Source: Macrostomum lignano (taxonomy: Eukaryota). From it: 64,000 bases of DNA. Positions 36,240 to 51,200 of this stretch are shown one piece after another. The notes below the pieces were generated by a model. It had not been told where the DNA came from, did no database searches, and saw nothing but the letters and a program-made list of their open reading frames with translations. The position numbers and the translations under genes are program-made. Within the stretch, counting starts at the first letter, position 1. Every line of letters begins with the position of its first letter. Location: contig NIVC01001597.1 in the NCBI GenBank assembly GCA_002269645.1, forward strand, positions 279,981 to 343,980, in the 5' to 3' direction.

Positions 36240-37653
36240 AGTTTCCGAGGCCTTAGTGACCGGCCTGCTGAAATTGATAGGGAGTTCGGCACAAGATCGA
36301 CAAACAACCCATATACAAAAGCTGCAGATCTTTTCTTCAACTGCATATCAAATCAATAGAAGCTGTCCGTATTTTTTATCTTCTATAGTTCTATTTCTAA
36401 AACTTCTGAAACCCTAGATGTTGCTATTAGAAAAAGTTGTTGAATTTCTCCACGGCATATCCCCACGGCAGCTTATTGAACTTTATCCAAATCTATATGA
36501 TCACTCAGTCACGTGGGCAGCTAAGCAAATATTTAAAATTAACCCTTTTAACGACGTGGAAGTGTTAACAAAGTACTTGATACTATTTAGTAGTTTATTC
36601 GGAAGTTTCTTAAAATAGTGAAAACAAAAAGACGGTTTTTGCAAGGAAGATTTGTTTAGAATAAAAATATGGATATAACGACATATGACGAACATTCAAA
36701 AGGAAAGAAACAATAGTAGACTTTTGATTAGAATTAAGAATACAAAACTACATACAGCATGCTAATAAACTATATGTAAATACCAGATTCAGAAGGACCT
36801 CTGGGGTCCTTGAACAAATGTATTTGAAAGTGCTCTATTCCAACAAGCTGCCGTGGGGATAAGCTGAAAATTATCGACACGGATCTGTGTGGATAAAATT
36901 GGAATTATCGGCACGCAGTGGGGATAAGCACTTCCTTTCAGGAAACGCGTTGACTTGAATTCTCAACAGCAAAGTTACAGTACGCTTGTATAGCTATTTG
37001 ATATAAATATGCATACAGGCGGGCATAAAATATTGAATAATAAAATAAAATGGTGATAAATCTAATTATGTTAGAATCATGAAACATTTTTCAGAAAGTT
37101 AGGTGCAATAAAACGCGAGCTTGATACGGCAAAGCTGACTTTTTAGGTTGATGATTCGCACAAAAATGATGATCTATAAAGTGAATATGCCATGTCGCTG
37201 CCCTTCCTTAGGGCGCACATCCATCATTTCATTTCAAGGTCATGCCCTAAATTACTGCACTGCTAGGGATCTTTTTGATATACAACCCTTTCTGTAACTC
37301 TATGAGCTACCATAGGCCAAAAAGGGAAGCACCAATTCTTGTTAAAAAATATATACACTGTACACGCATATATGTTTTTAGTCAAATAAAAGATGAGATT
37401 TTCCGATTTCCATTGACTTCAAACTCGTTGAATTTCAGCCATGTGTTAAAATCGATAGACAAAAGTATCGTAGAGACAGATGCAAGCTAGAAAAATGGCT
37501 TGACCCATTGAAAATAAGCCAGGCGTGTTTTATAGGCAACTTTTACATGCTGCTAATTTTTATACAAGAACAGTTTTAGATAGCATATACAAACAGAACA
37601 AAACCAAATACGCTAAATATTTTTTCTGATAGATTGTTACTGAAAACGATGAA

Positions 37654-40600
37654 TTAACACTCAGTGTCTCTACCGTAACTGGAATCAACAAGTTGAGCCG
37701 GTTCGCACATCTGCAACAGCTGCTCGTGATTAATCTGCAGTCTGCGAAGTATCCTCTGCTTATCCCGCGGCGCAGCCAGCGTGTACTCATTCAAACCGTT
37801 GAGAAAGTCGTTCCGTCTAGGGATATTGTTCGACGTTCGCGTCATGCGACACTTTGGCACGCAGAGGTAGATCCATTCGCGATCGCAGACACTCTCGTGC
37901 GCGTTCCATAGCTTCATCAGGTAGTGCGAGTAGCACATTATTTCAGTGTAGGTTGGCAGGTTGTCTCCAGGATAAACTCGACCAAACATAGCCTCGCAGG
38001 TTTCTCTGAGATGCTGTTTGCCCTCCCAATCGATAATGGGATCTGGGAAGATGTAAACAGTAGAAGTAAAAGATGTAGGAGCGCATATTCATTTTAGCCA
38101 ATGCCTTTCAAAAATATTCCAGAAACGCACCAACTAATCGCTCAGCAACGAACCGGTCGCCAAGTCGAAGTTCCGTCCATATAGCGTCATCGCCTAGCAG
38201 CAGACTTCTTGTCTCTACAGAGCAATCTCTACTCATTTCTAAGATTGCCTGAAATTGGCCCATTTGGGTTAAGAGAAACACTGAACGTTCACGGCGCATC
38301 TTATGCTGTACACCATCGAAATTACTGTGGGGTTACAATTCTCACTCTGTTCCTACTGCAGCTCAGAGCTTCTACCCTATAACAGCGGGTGAAATCAAGC
38401 TAGGCCTATTTTTCCCATCGTACAATGCGGATACCTTAAAGGGTATTCGACATAAGCCATGCACTTCATATGAATACTAACCAGGGTCAACTCCGCTTAA
38501 CCTGCAGCACTGGAGGTGAATGCCCTAACCAACTTGGCTAGAGATCTTCGATTAATAAACCTATCAAAACCAATAGACAGCTTGACATCTTGTACTCACG
38601 TCAGCAGCAGTCACTATGCCAGACCATTCGCTCTGGCGATCCGACGTTGCAAAGTACACAGCCAGCTTCCTCGCTACATCAATACATCGCCAAGCCCAAC
38701 AACTGGTTGCGCATCCGTTAGCAATCAGGTTGCGCTGGATTTTTAGGCAGGCCCTCAAGCAACTCAGCGCTTTCTCTTCCTGGTCCTCCAGCTGCATCAT
38801 GTTATAGTACATCACAGCTAGCAAAGCGTAGCAATCCCCAGTTAGAGGATGCAGCGGTTCCAACAGCTCCAAGACTCTCGACGCCCGACGAAGTTTAAGC
38901 ACAGCGGCATTATACTGTGAATAAGCCGGTTTTGTGAGATCTTTGACCGCGCTTTTGTAAAGAATGACTGCAGTGGATAAGTGTACACAGGCGTGCAACG
39001 GCGTATCTAGAAGTCCGGTAGAGGTGCACGAATCATAAGCTTCTTGGAATGGCGCCAGTCTACGCTTCGGCTTAGGCATGGGGAGAAGTTCTACATTCAT
39101 ACAATCCTGAGTCAAATCCAACACTGTTGTACTGTTATCCGATGAGCTAATGATATCATTGGTTGCACCGAGTGCATCGTCCAATATTGCGATTCTGTGT
39201 CCGGCAAGAGCAAACACAGGGTCCGATAAACCATTGTCAAGTTTTGGAAGCCAAGATTGTAGTGACTGAATCAAAGATTTGGCACACCGCTTTATCTGCC
39301 TGCTGCGTAGCATCTTACTTGGCAACAGTTCGTTGAGATCGACGCAAACCTCGGCGAGACTGCTGTCAAGTACCGCACCCAGGTGGAACCAGGCCGCGCT
39401 CGCCTCGAAAGCTCCGCGCAGCTCGTTGCTTAACTTTCTACTGTTATTCATCAGGCATCTGGCCGATCGCCAATTGTCAGACCAGAAACGCAGCAGGACT
39501 GAGTCGGTGAAAGAGTACCAGTTTTCCCTGATGTACCTACCAGTCTTTGGAGAGTTCACTGAGTAACCAACAGGTGAAGATCTATTCAGACGCCAATTTT
39601 TTCCCAACTGTAAGCCCAAAAGCACAACTTTTGCCTCATTTGCTTGCCAGAAAGCGCAGCAAACGGCTACGGCTTCTGCCATTTCTGCTACTTTGCCGCG
39701 CTGTAATTTCCTGCGCAACTGAGATAGCTTGAAGCTGCTTTGTCTACTGATGTGCAAAGAGAATTTCTGCGAAAGAAGCTCTTGAACAGCATTTTGCTCC
39801 ACGCCAGCAAGATCTATTGCACACTGAATCAGGTGGAACCTGGCAATAAATAGGCGACATAATATTGCGGCTAGAGCTGAGTCAGTCGCGATGCACTCTC
39901 GCAATCTTCGCCTAAAATAATCTAAACAGTCTTGTCTATAACAGTCGGTGAATCGGAGGTCAACAAGAGGAAGAGAAGGATTTTGGTGCTCAGCAGTCTC
40001 AGCTGCCTCAAGAGGTAGCAAAGATACAGTTGACGAAGAGCTCAGTCGATTCAGCTCAAAATCAACGTCAGACACACCTGCTATTGGATGCTCTTCTTTG
40101 GTTGCACTGAGGTCGTTATGATGCAGAGATTTCTAAAGAAAAAAATTCGGCTAATAATTAGAACATTCCCATTTAACACTTTAATCGTAGATAATATTGA
40201 ATGAGATACTAAGACTTACCACAGAGTTGTGCAGCTCTTTCCATCGGAGTGCAATAGCGCTTTCATCGTTTTCAAATAATCCTGCAGCGACGCTAATTGT
40301 TTGCAACAAATAGCGCATCGTGTTACTCCTTTGCGATAGAGCCATCTCAACCTGAACTGCCTCTTGTAGATACGCGAGAGAAGTATCATTAAACTCCGCC
40401 GTTCTATTAGCTGTCACAATTCCAAGCATTGTAAGCGTTGACGCAAAAATAGTACTTCTAGAAAAGCTCTGTCTCAGCCGGTACGCGCTGCGAGTCAGCT
40501 TTTCCAAAGCGCTGTCGTATAGCTCTCTTAGCTCTCGGGCGTTTAAAATAACCGACCCAGCGTTCAGCTTGCTGTACAAAGGACTTGTACGCTCGAAGTC

Positions 40601-41461
40601 ATTGACACCATCAACATAGTCAATAAAAGCACTCAAGTAGTGCTTGGAAAGCTCGTCTAGAATGGTTGATTTGCCTAGCAGCAAACGGGCTTGACAAATC
40701 AGCGCAGTGCACTTATCCATCTGACGAAGCTCCAAAAAGCACGTGGCCATGTTAACAATAGCTACCATCGACTGCTCGTTCAACAAAATTTCAGCATCGA
40801 TTCTGCGAGTGAGGCCTATTCTCATCCGTCTCTCAATTGCAGCCTGAAAATGCGAGAAAGACTTCAACAAGTACTTGTGCGCGTAGACGTCTTTGACGCT
40901 GGCGCAGTTGAGCAGCAAGCTGCCAATGCTGAATCGAACGCATGCAGCCATTTCTGGTCCGATTTCTTTGCTTTGAAGGCAAATCTTGCCGAGTCTCTGG
41001 GCGCTTTCAACCAGCCAGAACCAGGCCCACGATCCGCACCTTTTTGGATCGCGTAGGGCCATCTGACCTTCGTTTGCTATGAAAACGACAGTAACAAAAT
41101 ATAAAAATGATTTTTCTTCGTTAAAATGAAAATTTGCTAAATATTTGTTGAGTAGTTCTGAGTACTTCTCGCTATCGCTGCAGGTAATGTAGCTCCAAAG
41201 ATCGTTAATCGCTTTTCGTTCCAATAAGTTCATAAAATTTTGTTGAACAGTTTTAGCGTCGTTAAGATTTTGCATTAAAAGGTAATGAAGGCCAAGCATC
41301 ACGTGACAGACAGCTCGTCGCAGAATTTGTTGAGATCGATCCGAATTTTCCGAACTTGAAGCTTCGACAAGCCTAAGACGCTCCTGCCAGTATTGAAGAG
41401 CTTCTTCCCGAGGCACGACTTGAAGCCAGATTCGCATTTCAACCCGCTCCTGATTCTGCAT
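37654..41461 (-). CDS. Helical/TPR-like array family member T4, about 1112 aa, 4 exons
   Basis: Exons 41461-40220, 40132-38600, 38305-38131 and 38042-37654. All junctions are GT-AG with phases 0,0,1; total 3339 nt = 1113 codons. TPR_12-like segment LEPLHPLTGDCYALLAVMYY...ALSCLRACLKIQRNL. Confidence 0.8.
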
Positions 41462-42710
41462 TGTTCTTAGGGTCAGGGTAGCTAAATGTAGATTTTCTCA
41501 GTCTGAAGTAAAAAATGAGATTCAGCTGTAATCAGTGATAATTGAGAATACTATAGCAAACGTTGCTACCTAGACCAAATCTAAAAAGTAGCTATAGCTA
41601 TTTTCCTAAAAATTCAATAGCCCAAGCCGGGTCTACAAAAGGATTATATTCCACGATAAATGTGTTTAAAACGTTTGTTCTTCCGAGAGTTCCACTGCTT
41701 TTTTTAATTGTAGGCAAACCCGCCTAGCCTTATCTACTTACTCCAATTACTAACATTTCCTGGAGCCAAACTACTGATAGTAGCGGAAAAGCAAAACTGC
41801 TTTATCCTTAACTGTAAATTTTACCGATTCTGAACAATTAATTTAGACATAATTAAAATTCGTTGATTTTGGGAGACGCGTTAAAGTTTTCAAAACAGGT
41901 GTAACTAATAGAACTAATACATATAACCGGCATAACTGCTTGTAAAAACCCATATCACAATAAATCAAAAACCCTGAAGCTTTTAAACATTTACGCAGTC
42001 TTAATATATTGTTTAGGCGGTTTGAAATTCAAATCAGGAGTGAAGTCAGTAGCAAATATAAAATTTTCCTTATTATTATTATATTGAATAAATAAACATA
42101 AAATTTACACGGATCATTTTAAAGCCAAATATGTACAGTGCAATAAAACAGATCAGCTGCAAGAAACAAAATATCGAACGAAGTGTTAGACAGAAAAATG
42201 TCAGGTTATTAAGTGGCAAACTATTCAGAGCAAACCTGTAAAAAGCTGTGCAGAGTAGCAAAACAATTTGTTACCTGATAAATCACTCAACTAGCCCAAA
42301 TAGCTCGACAAAATACCTACTGAAAGTCGCTACCAGTAATGCTTTCAAACAGCTGTCAACGTTTTGTCGATTTCGATAAAACAAAATCAAACAAACAAAA
42401 AGATCATAGTTCAAACCGATTATGTACAATAATATTTGAGACCTTGGTGCTCTGTTATGCACTTAAATAAGAGTTAGGGAGATTAAAAAAACTGACAGTA
42501 AAATTTATGTAAAGAGCTCGTTCATACCACCATCAAATAAAACTTGTTCAGCTCACACGAATCCAGAAGTTTTGATTCAAAGGAAACAAAGAAAGAAAGT
42601 TAATCAACGATTCGTGATAAAAAACGCGACTATTCAGCACAATAATAAAGCAACTAAAACCGAATCACATTTTGAATTCCATTTCAATCGCTTAAATAAA
42701 AAAGTGAAGT

Positions 42711-45700
42711 TTAAAAATTCGCAAATTTGTAGTGAAAGCGTTTAGCAAACTTGCATTCATTTAACAGCAGATTGTGATTCCGTTGTAGTCGGGTGAAAAT
42801 TTTGTTTTTTTCCTTGACGCTTTTGCGTGAGTACTCGGAAATACCCAGCAAAAAGTGGTTTCGCTCCACGTCAAGTTTTTCCAGCGGACAATCTCGATTG
42901 TCGCCGTTGTGGCACAGCTCCCAGTGCTGACTAAACAGCTTGTTGAGGTAAGTAGCGTAGACTCTGATCTCGCCATCGCTTGGTAGACAGTCCTCTGGAA
43001 ACTGGCGATCCCTAAACAGATTTGTGAGGCCTTTCATGCTGACAGTTCGCTTTTCTTCCCAGTCTACCAACGCATCTGTAACGTTGATTGATGTTTTTTT
43101 ATAAACGAGGAAATCTTATTTGTCAATATAGCTAGATGGAATTAAAAATCCTAATTAAAAATCCATTCAATAATGAGAAAGTGTGTTCTAAACTGTGTTT
43201 TTACATTCAGGTAAACCAAGTCTCAAATACCAAATGGCTACACGTGCAAATTTACACTCACCTGATAGAGTTTCAGCCAACATAGTCTCGGAATTCGATG
43301 CATCGTCAATATCGACTGGCATTTGACACATCAAAGTCTTTCGACCAAGAAGGGCCTGCCGAAGACAAATATGATTAAATGTACCGCGTCCAGAATATTT
43401 TTTAAAGATTGCATGCATAATAGTGAAAAACTTACAAACAATTTATCGAATATACTTTGCCATTCGCGTTCAATCAGCGCATCCTCATCATTCGTGTTTT
43501 GCCGCAACATACGAAACTGCTCTCTGCGAATTCGGGCCACATCTAAACACTTCCATAGCCAGGGACTGGGCGATGCTTCCTTGACGATGAGATTGCTCTC
43601 AATCCTGGCACACTTTCTGAGACACTGAAGGCATCTAGATTCTTGCTCGTCAATCTGCATCTGACTGGAGTAGAGAACGCTTAAAACAGTGTAACAGTAC
43701 GTCACTTTGACATCATCGCCGCAGATAAGCTCGAGAATTCTAGCAGCTTTCCTAAACTTTAAAATTGCAGCACTGAAACTGTCGTAATGAGGCTTAAACG
43801 GATTAACTTCCCCATAGCGTAATAGCTGAAGACCCGCTTGCATGTGCACCAAAGCGTGGGCCACTGTATCCATTAGACCTCTTTTTTGGCACAGGACGTA
43901 AGCCTCATCCAGTTGTTTCAGCTTGTCGGACGCCTGCGACGTGTCTATTATAAAGTCGAAAGTCTCTAGGATGCCAGTTGACTCTAAAAGGCTAGAGACG
44001 AGACCACCGTGAAGCCTGCGATTACGCCTCCCAGCTGATTGGTTCAGTAGACGATTCAACAATGCGGGAAAGTTCACGCACACAGAGTTTAAGTAACTCA
44101 ATAAAGTCTCAATTCCTGGGCCATTGTGACTTTTTTCTAAACGTTTTAATCGGTTTAGGTCTTGTAGCAAGTCAACTGTGGTTGTAATGAGTTTTTTATC
44201 GGTCTTGTAGCGATCATCGAATGCTACGACGTCATTTAGTCGGTAGAAGCCTTCTGCTAAATAATTTTCCAAGAAAATAAGAGCAGGAATTTCGTCAGAT
44301 TTCCAGCTATTTCGGATCGCGTTGAACAAATCCTGACCGCGCCTGAAACATTCTTGAGCTCTTTTCCAATCGTTGCTTTTCTTGTTACTCAGCCGAAAAC
44401 TATACAAAGCCCAAGAAACAAGCTGCGAAGCGAATGACTCATCGCCATCGTCCCAACGTTGCCGCACCTCTGCGGCGGACTTTTGCTGATAATATTCGAG
44501 CGCATTACCAAGAGCCAGCATGCCTTCATTGACAGTCCAGAATGCGACTACAAAGATCAATTCTCTGCAATGGCGTGGAAAAGATTCAGACATAGCTTTA
44601 AATGAAAAGCTTCCATTGGTTTCTAGCTTCAGACCAAATGCAAGAGAGATCAGGCGTGAGACTTTAGCTTGTCGGCATTCAGCTTTTCTCAAGAAATACG
44701 AGCGTAAATTATGTCTTGAGAGAAATAGAAGGAAAACCAATCTGTGTAATATTTGGCTACGGTCCAGAATATTGTTTAATTCCTTCTTCCAGTAAGCTAA
44801 GCTTCCTTCGCGATATCCATCGGTGAACTCTCTTGCTTTGGCAACTACATTAAAGACACTATCGCTTTGACTGGACGCTTCAACATCGGTAGGAACGTCG
44901 ACTTGAGATCGAATTGTTTCTGGTTCTCTTGTAGTAACGATCTAGAATTAGAATGTGATACTTACATTAGCTCTTACTGAAGTACCGGTATGCTATAAGT
45001 GAAAAAATTAAATTTAAATCATTACCAAGAATAAAAATTATCAATGCTTACGGTAAAGTACAACTCTCGACACTTGTCTCGAGCAGCCTGCGTAGTTGCC
45101 AGCGTGGTACCTTGCTGCAAAATCTGGATCATATTTGCAGCCATAATAGTGTTGGTTTCGAATTTAGACTCTAGCGAAACAGCCTTCTCTAAATAATACA
45201 AACCGCCTTCATGCTCCATTGTAAAGTCGGCTGCTTCGTTCACGCAAACAATGCCCATCAATGTGTACGCAGAAGCGGTAAGCCCAAGTTCGGAGATTTC
45301 TTCCGTTAAATTTTTCAAACACTCGCGCAGGTGTTTCTTTGCACTTCTATATGCTTTCATAAGCTTTTCGCGGTCAAGTAAACGAGAACCCGCATTAAGT
45401 TTACTGGCTAGAGGACAAGTTTCCTCAAAATCAATTAGTCCGTTCAAGTACATGGCATAGGCAGTAAAGTAAGTCTTGCAAACGATTTCAGTATCTGCTG
45501 GTAACTTGTTGAGTTTAAGAGCCTGATCGATCAACTTTCGAGCCTTCGTAGTCTGACGAAGTTCAATAAAAATGGCCGCCAACTTTAGAATTCCTTCGAT
45601 AGATTCATCGACAACTCTAATATCCGAATCTAGCTTGCGAACTATTCTTGAATGTTTTCTAGGCTTCCAATTAATCATGGCTTCAAAACAAAGGAATGCT

Positions 45701-46623
45701 TTAGATAGATACCAATGTTCAAAGGTACCCTGCTGCATTCAACAGCTAAAAAGAATGCTTCCAGTGGCGTGTCTGGATAGGTCGACAAAAACTTTGGACT
45801 CTTCGGGCGCTCTTCGAATATAATCAGTACACAGCCAGAAAAGAAACTTTGTTTTCTCTCTTAGTCTATGCGCTCGGACACTGGTCCGGTTAAAGAGCAT
45901 TAAACGGCATTCGCCCACTATATAATGTAAAGTGATGAACTGAAGTGTGCAAGAATGCTCATGGGTCCACTCAAATGTCAGTTGACTCGACGCAGCCTTT
46001 GACTCTCCGCTTTTGTTGCTAGACTTAGGCTTGAAACATTCTTTTATAAGCTCTTCATACTTGTCTGCATATCTATTAGCCATAAGAAACTTTGCGCTAG
46101 CTTTCACACTGATTCGCCGGTTTGTATTGTTTTCTTTGCTTTCAGTAACGATGCCTTCATGTTGCGAAAGTTGAGACGTTATAGCACCATTTCCTTCTCT
46201 ATTGTCTTTAGGAAGCTTTGAAAAAGCTCGGGTATTATTTCCCTTATTCATACTGCCCTCGTCGATTACACCACCGCTGCATTCAGGGTCCGAATTCGGA
46301 GAGGCGGCGTGGTTAAGCGTGTCTGCAGCTTGTTTGCCAATTAAATTTTTGAACAAATTGAGGAATCTTTGACCTTCCGTTGCTTGATTCCTAAATAGAT
46401 ATTCGTTTCCCAAAAATACAAAGATAAAAGCCTTTGCAAAAAACCCAAATGTCTTTTCAGCATCTTCGTTCTTACATTCATCGACTCCAAGTAGTCCATC
46501 TCTTGTTTTCAGTTCATTGTAACGAGACTTTAAAAAGTCAAAATATTCCTCATTCGGGAAGAAGTTTAACAAGGGTGTCGGATTAGGCGGCTGTGGAAGA
46601 ATCTCTAAGACCGTCGCGTCCAT
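42711..46623 (-). pseudogene. Helical/TPR-like array family member T3, 4 exons, in-frame TGA at 45741-45739
   Basis: Exons 46623-45052, 44941-43436, 43355-43262 and 43075-42711; total 3537 nt = 1179 codons. The only lesion is TGA at a position where paralogs have Ala (FSC*MQQ vs LNCASV / FNCAKR). Confidence 0.72.
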
Positions 46624-46950
46624 TCCAAATTAGCTTGGAACGAGCAAGACTTTACTCGCATCGAGCAGGCACCAGAGACCAGAGTCAACCCGCGCTTCTT
46701 CGGCGAGGGGCTTGTAAATTATTTATACAACACCGATTTAAAACTGAAAATTGAATTACAACAGGCTCGTTAGATTGAATACAAATATTTTAAACTTTTT
46801 TCCTACCTGTATGGCACAGGATATTTATTACTATAAAAATCAAGCGGAATTTAAAAAGTATTATATATTATATACTATATTATTATATTATATTATTTTT
46901 ATATAAAAATATATAATAAAAATATTACTGAATTAGTACTTAACCAAGGT

Positions 46951-47184
46951 GCTAAAGCTACGCTAAGGCTACGCTAACGCTACGCTAAGGCTACGCTAAC
47001 GCTACGCTAACGCTACGCTAACGCTACGCTAACGCTACGCTAACGCTACGCTAACGCTACGCTAACGCTACGCTAACGCTACGCTAACGCTACGCTAACG
47101 CTACGCTAACGCTACGCTAACGCTACGCTAACGCTACGCTTACGCTACGCTAACGCTATGCTAACGCTACACAAACGCTACGCT
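46951..47184. repeat. 10-bp minisatellite (GCTACGCTAA[C])
   Basis: About 23 near-perfect units between T2 and T3. Confidence 0.96.
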
Positions 47185-48255
47185 CGTGGAACTCGTGTAC
47201 TATCTGTCGAAAGAAATTATAAAAACAACGGAAAAGATCATGGTTTATTTTCGTTTCTCAAATTCAAATTCACATCCTAATGAGAGATAAAGTTTTTCAA
47301 AGCATTTGATTTACTGCGAGTCTGGCTATGTGATAATAAGTTTATACCGAAACTAACAATAATATAATATTGTTAAAAAAACTGCAAACGAAAACAAGAA
47401 GTTATAGTTTTAAAAATTAAAAGGCGATCGCTACGCTAACGGAAAAAGCATGAAGATGCAAAGATAAAACAATAATTTTCTTTCGAGTATTGAATACGAG
47501 TAGCTCCGATTAGCTCGTAGAGCTTAGGAAATATTTAAAATAATGAAGAGAAAAACAAGCTGAAAGCAGAAGCTGTTTAAATGGTTTTGATTAAAGCTAT
47601 TGGCACATATTCAAATAAAACGCGTTTTTGACACATTGTATGGGTTGATAAAATGTACATGTACTTTTATTAATAGAGTACTACACTCTATTCAACACAA
47701 CACTGTTTAATGCAAAAGATACATGTAGGGACAAAAAACGAATCTGGACCTTCTAAATCCTACAATGCTTCGAACCCATTCATAATGCTCATATGGCAAA
47801 TTCAGTTTTCAGACCAAGAGCTTATGTCTTTGAAGACTAATGACACGGGAATTCCACTTTTTGTAATATCTTTCTCATACTTGCTTTACTTTCCTATGGG
47901 AAATTGTAACAGAAATGAGGGCAATTTTAAGGACCATTTCAAAAAGATGTGTAAAACACGTGTTAGAAAGAGTAGCTAGCTAATTCGAAGGAATCAGCTG
48001 GTATAACTTGTAGCGAATGTGGCAGTCAACATTTAAAAATTTAATGAAGAACAGCCAAGTCAAAAGTAAAGAAACTATAACGCAATATAACAATATCAGC
48101 AACAAGTCTGCGATTTTTAGAGTGAGATTAAAAAACGGACGGAACCAAAATTAGCACCCAACAAGATTCACTAAGCTAGTAAAAACGTTCCATAAAAAAA
48201 CTAAAGCGTCCTTTAAACTCGTAACCTTGCAGTTTATATTGTCTGCGTTCTATCG

Positions 48256-51200
48256 CTAGTAGGTAACATCATAATTTTCATGAAATTTGCGCGCTTTCGG
48301 GCAAAGCGTCACCAACGAATTGTGAACCTGCTGCAGCTGCTTGATGATGCTGATCTTAACTGTTGCAGTGCTCTCAGAATAGATGTTCATGCCTCGAAGA
48401 AAGTCATTTCGCTTTACTAGGTTATTTCTCGAGAGATTGTCTAAAGTGCATGGATCTTCCCGTGTCTCCTGTTTGCTTTGTTCAGCTGTTCCAGTACTGC
48501 CCTGTTTGTGCCTTGCCATACGGCAACTGACCAAGTGACGGTCGAACAGCTTCATCAGATATCGAGCGTAGCATCGAACTTCAGTGTCAGAGGGCGGACT
48601 ATCTTCGGGAAACTCTCGATCCCACATCATCACAGCGATAGCTTTGAGGCTCCGATTTCGCTTCTCCTCCCATTCGGTTAATGGATCTAGTAAAAAAACG
48701 AATACGTTGGTAAATTTACTTGCACATTCGTAAAATATAGCAACAGGTTAAAAAAGCACTATACTTGGGATATGTATACTCAGTTAGTCAATTTTGAGTA
48801 GTTTTAACAATACAACATTTTCATTGCATTCTCTCTACTTAAAATTGGAAGGTACAAGTAACCTAGCGTCATTAATCATTGTATCTATAAGGAAAAGCGA
48901 TGAAATAAAGACCAGCGCTTTCGATGGAAAATCTAAAAATACGAAAGGCTCAGACCAAGTTTTAACACAGGGCCCATACATAAATTATACATACTAAAAA
49001 GCATGGGTTTGCTCACTAGCAAGCAAAGTAAATATAATTTTCAAGCACAACAAAGGTGAAAAAACCTACCAGTCAGTGCTTCAGTGAGAAGGTTTGAAGC
49101 ACCCAAAGGAGAGGAACCAAAGTCTTGCAAGTAAAATAACGGCCTGTCTTTGTACAACGCAGTCTAAAATAGCGTAAAATCAGCAAATTAACTGAATGCA
49201 CAAATGCGTGATTAAATAGCATGTAAAATATTACAGCACACATGAATTTAGTCCACAATTAATGTGAAAAAATAAGTAAAACACATTTTTAGTATATGAA
49301 GAAGATATCTACGAACCTTAAACTTTTGACTCAACTCATTCCATGACTCGAGATCTTCAGAGAATGAAGCACCATCGCGGTAGTTATTGGAAACTCGGTT
49401 TAGAAATTTTTGAAAGAACTGCACAATCTCTAAGCCTTTCCAAAGCCAAGGACTGGGTGATACGCCTTTCACTACCAAGCGCTTTTCCACGCTTAAACAC
49501 TTCTTAAGACAGAGAAGGCACTGCGTCTGTTGATCGTCTAGCTGAGCGTGATATCGATACATATAGGCAAGAATTAAGTAGCAAAAAGCTGTTTTCACGT
49601 CGTTCGGACACAGTAGCTCGAGTATTCTGGCAGCCTGCCGAAACTTAAGAATGGCGCCACTTAAAGTGCCGTAGGGTGATTTAGTTGGGTCTCTAAATGC
49701 TTGAATAAATAGTTCAATACCCACGTGCATGTGAATGAGAGCATAGAGCTCCGTATCAACCAGCTCCGCTCTTTGACACAAATCATACGCTTGTTGAAGA
49801 ATTTTCAGCTTGCCAACGTAATGCGCAACGGTTAAAACAACATCTAAATTGCATTTATCAGCGGGCTTTTCTTCAGTCTTATTAAACTCATAAGGTAGCA
49901 CTTCCAGCAGATCCAAAAGTCCAGGGAAATTAACCTGAGCTTTATGCAAGCATAACATCAAGTCCGTAGCGGTCGAATCGACAGTACCAATGCTTCGCCC
50001 GACGTCTTTTGAATGCTTATCGACGTCTTTCAGCAACAAAGTCACAGAATGAATAAGTTTATAATTAATTTCGTAAATACTGTCCACTGAGAACATTCTA
50101 TCCAGCTGGTAATAAGCGTTGGATAAATGTTCTTCTAGAAACACGAAAGCAATCCAATCAAGACCTTGTATGCTGGTTTCGTTTTTCTGGACAATTTCAC
50201 TAACCAGATTTAAGGACTCGAAAGCCTCGAGCCAGGAGTTTTTCTGCGAAGCCAAGAAGCTCGTTACAACAGAACAAGCTCCTAAAAGATACGAAACAAT
50301 CATTTTTCCGATCTGTTCTGACCATGAGTCCCTAAAGTCAGTTTTAACAAATGACGAAGCGTTCTTCTTCTGATGCTCCTCTGAGGCTTGCAGAATAAAA
50401 ATAATGCCTTCGTTCACCAACCAAAGTGCAACTAGAAAGACCAACATTTTGTGATCTTTGGGGAACCTCAACTCGAAGTCCTCATATGTAATTCTGGCTA
50501 AACGACAGACATCCAGCTTTATACCGAATCCAATATCCAGTAGGTGTGCAGCCTTCTCTTGTTGATGTTTTGCAGAAGACAAAGCTTGAGTATTCAAATA
50601 ATGGCGAGTAATGCAGAGAATGCAAAACACCCTGACCGGAATGTCTTCGATGTCCTCATACTTGCGTACTAACTTCTTTAAATATGCAAGCGATTCTAGT
50701 CGGTAGCCATCCAAAAAGTCTTTCGAGTCTTTGATCGTACGTATTATAGTCATCCATGCTGAGCCATCGCTTGAATCAACAGAAGACTCGAGATTGCTTT
50801 TCGGTACCATATCAGCTTGGAGATTTGAAGCGCTGCGCACATTGGAGCTCTCATCAGCAGGCTGTGTTCGTACGCTCTTCTCTAAAAATCTTCTTTTGAT
50901 GGCTGAATTCTGAAGAATTTAAAGGAAAATGAAGTAGCATGTTACTAAGCAGGTGAATAAACATGAAGTAATGAAAATAACTATTAAAAGGTATGCAAAA
51001 CTTACAGCTCTGTTGTACAACTCCTTGCATTTTGCAGAGCTAGTCGAGTCAGAACGCAAATTAGCACCAACGTGAAGAAACTGCAACAAATATGTTGCCG
51101 TCACTGTTCCCGACTCCAATGCACACTCCAAATGTACAGCTTTCTCAAAGTTCTGAAGAGCCTCTTCCGAAAACGCACCAGCACTATTGACGAGAACTAC

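Noticed and set aside
36418-36618. 66-aa plus-strand ORF (EFLHGISPRQLIELYPNL...) between T4 and T5
   Set aside because: Short, starts at a non-ATG codon, with no splice context or recognisable homology; possibly a TE relic.
46951-47184. Telomere-like 10-bp repeat
   Set aside because: Not TTAGGG-related and interstitial; an ordinary minisatellite.
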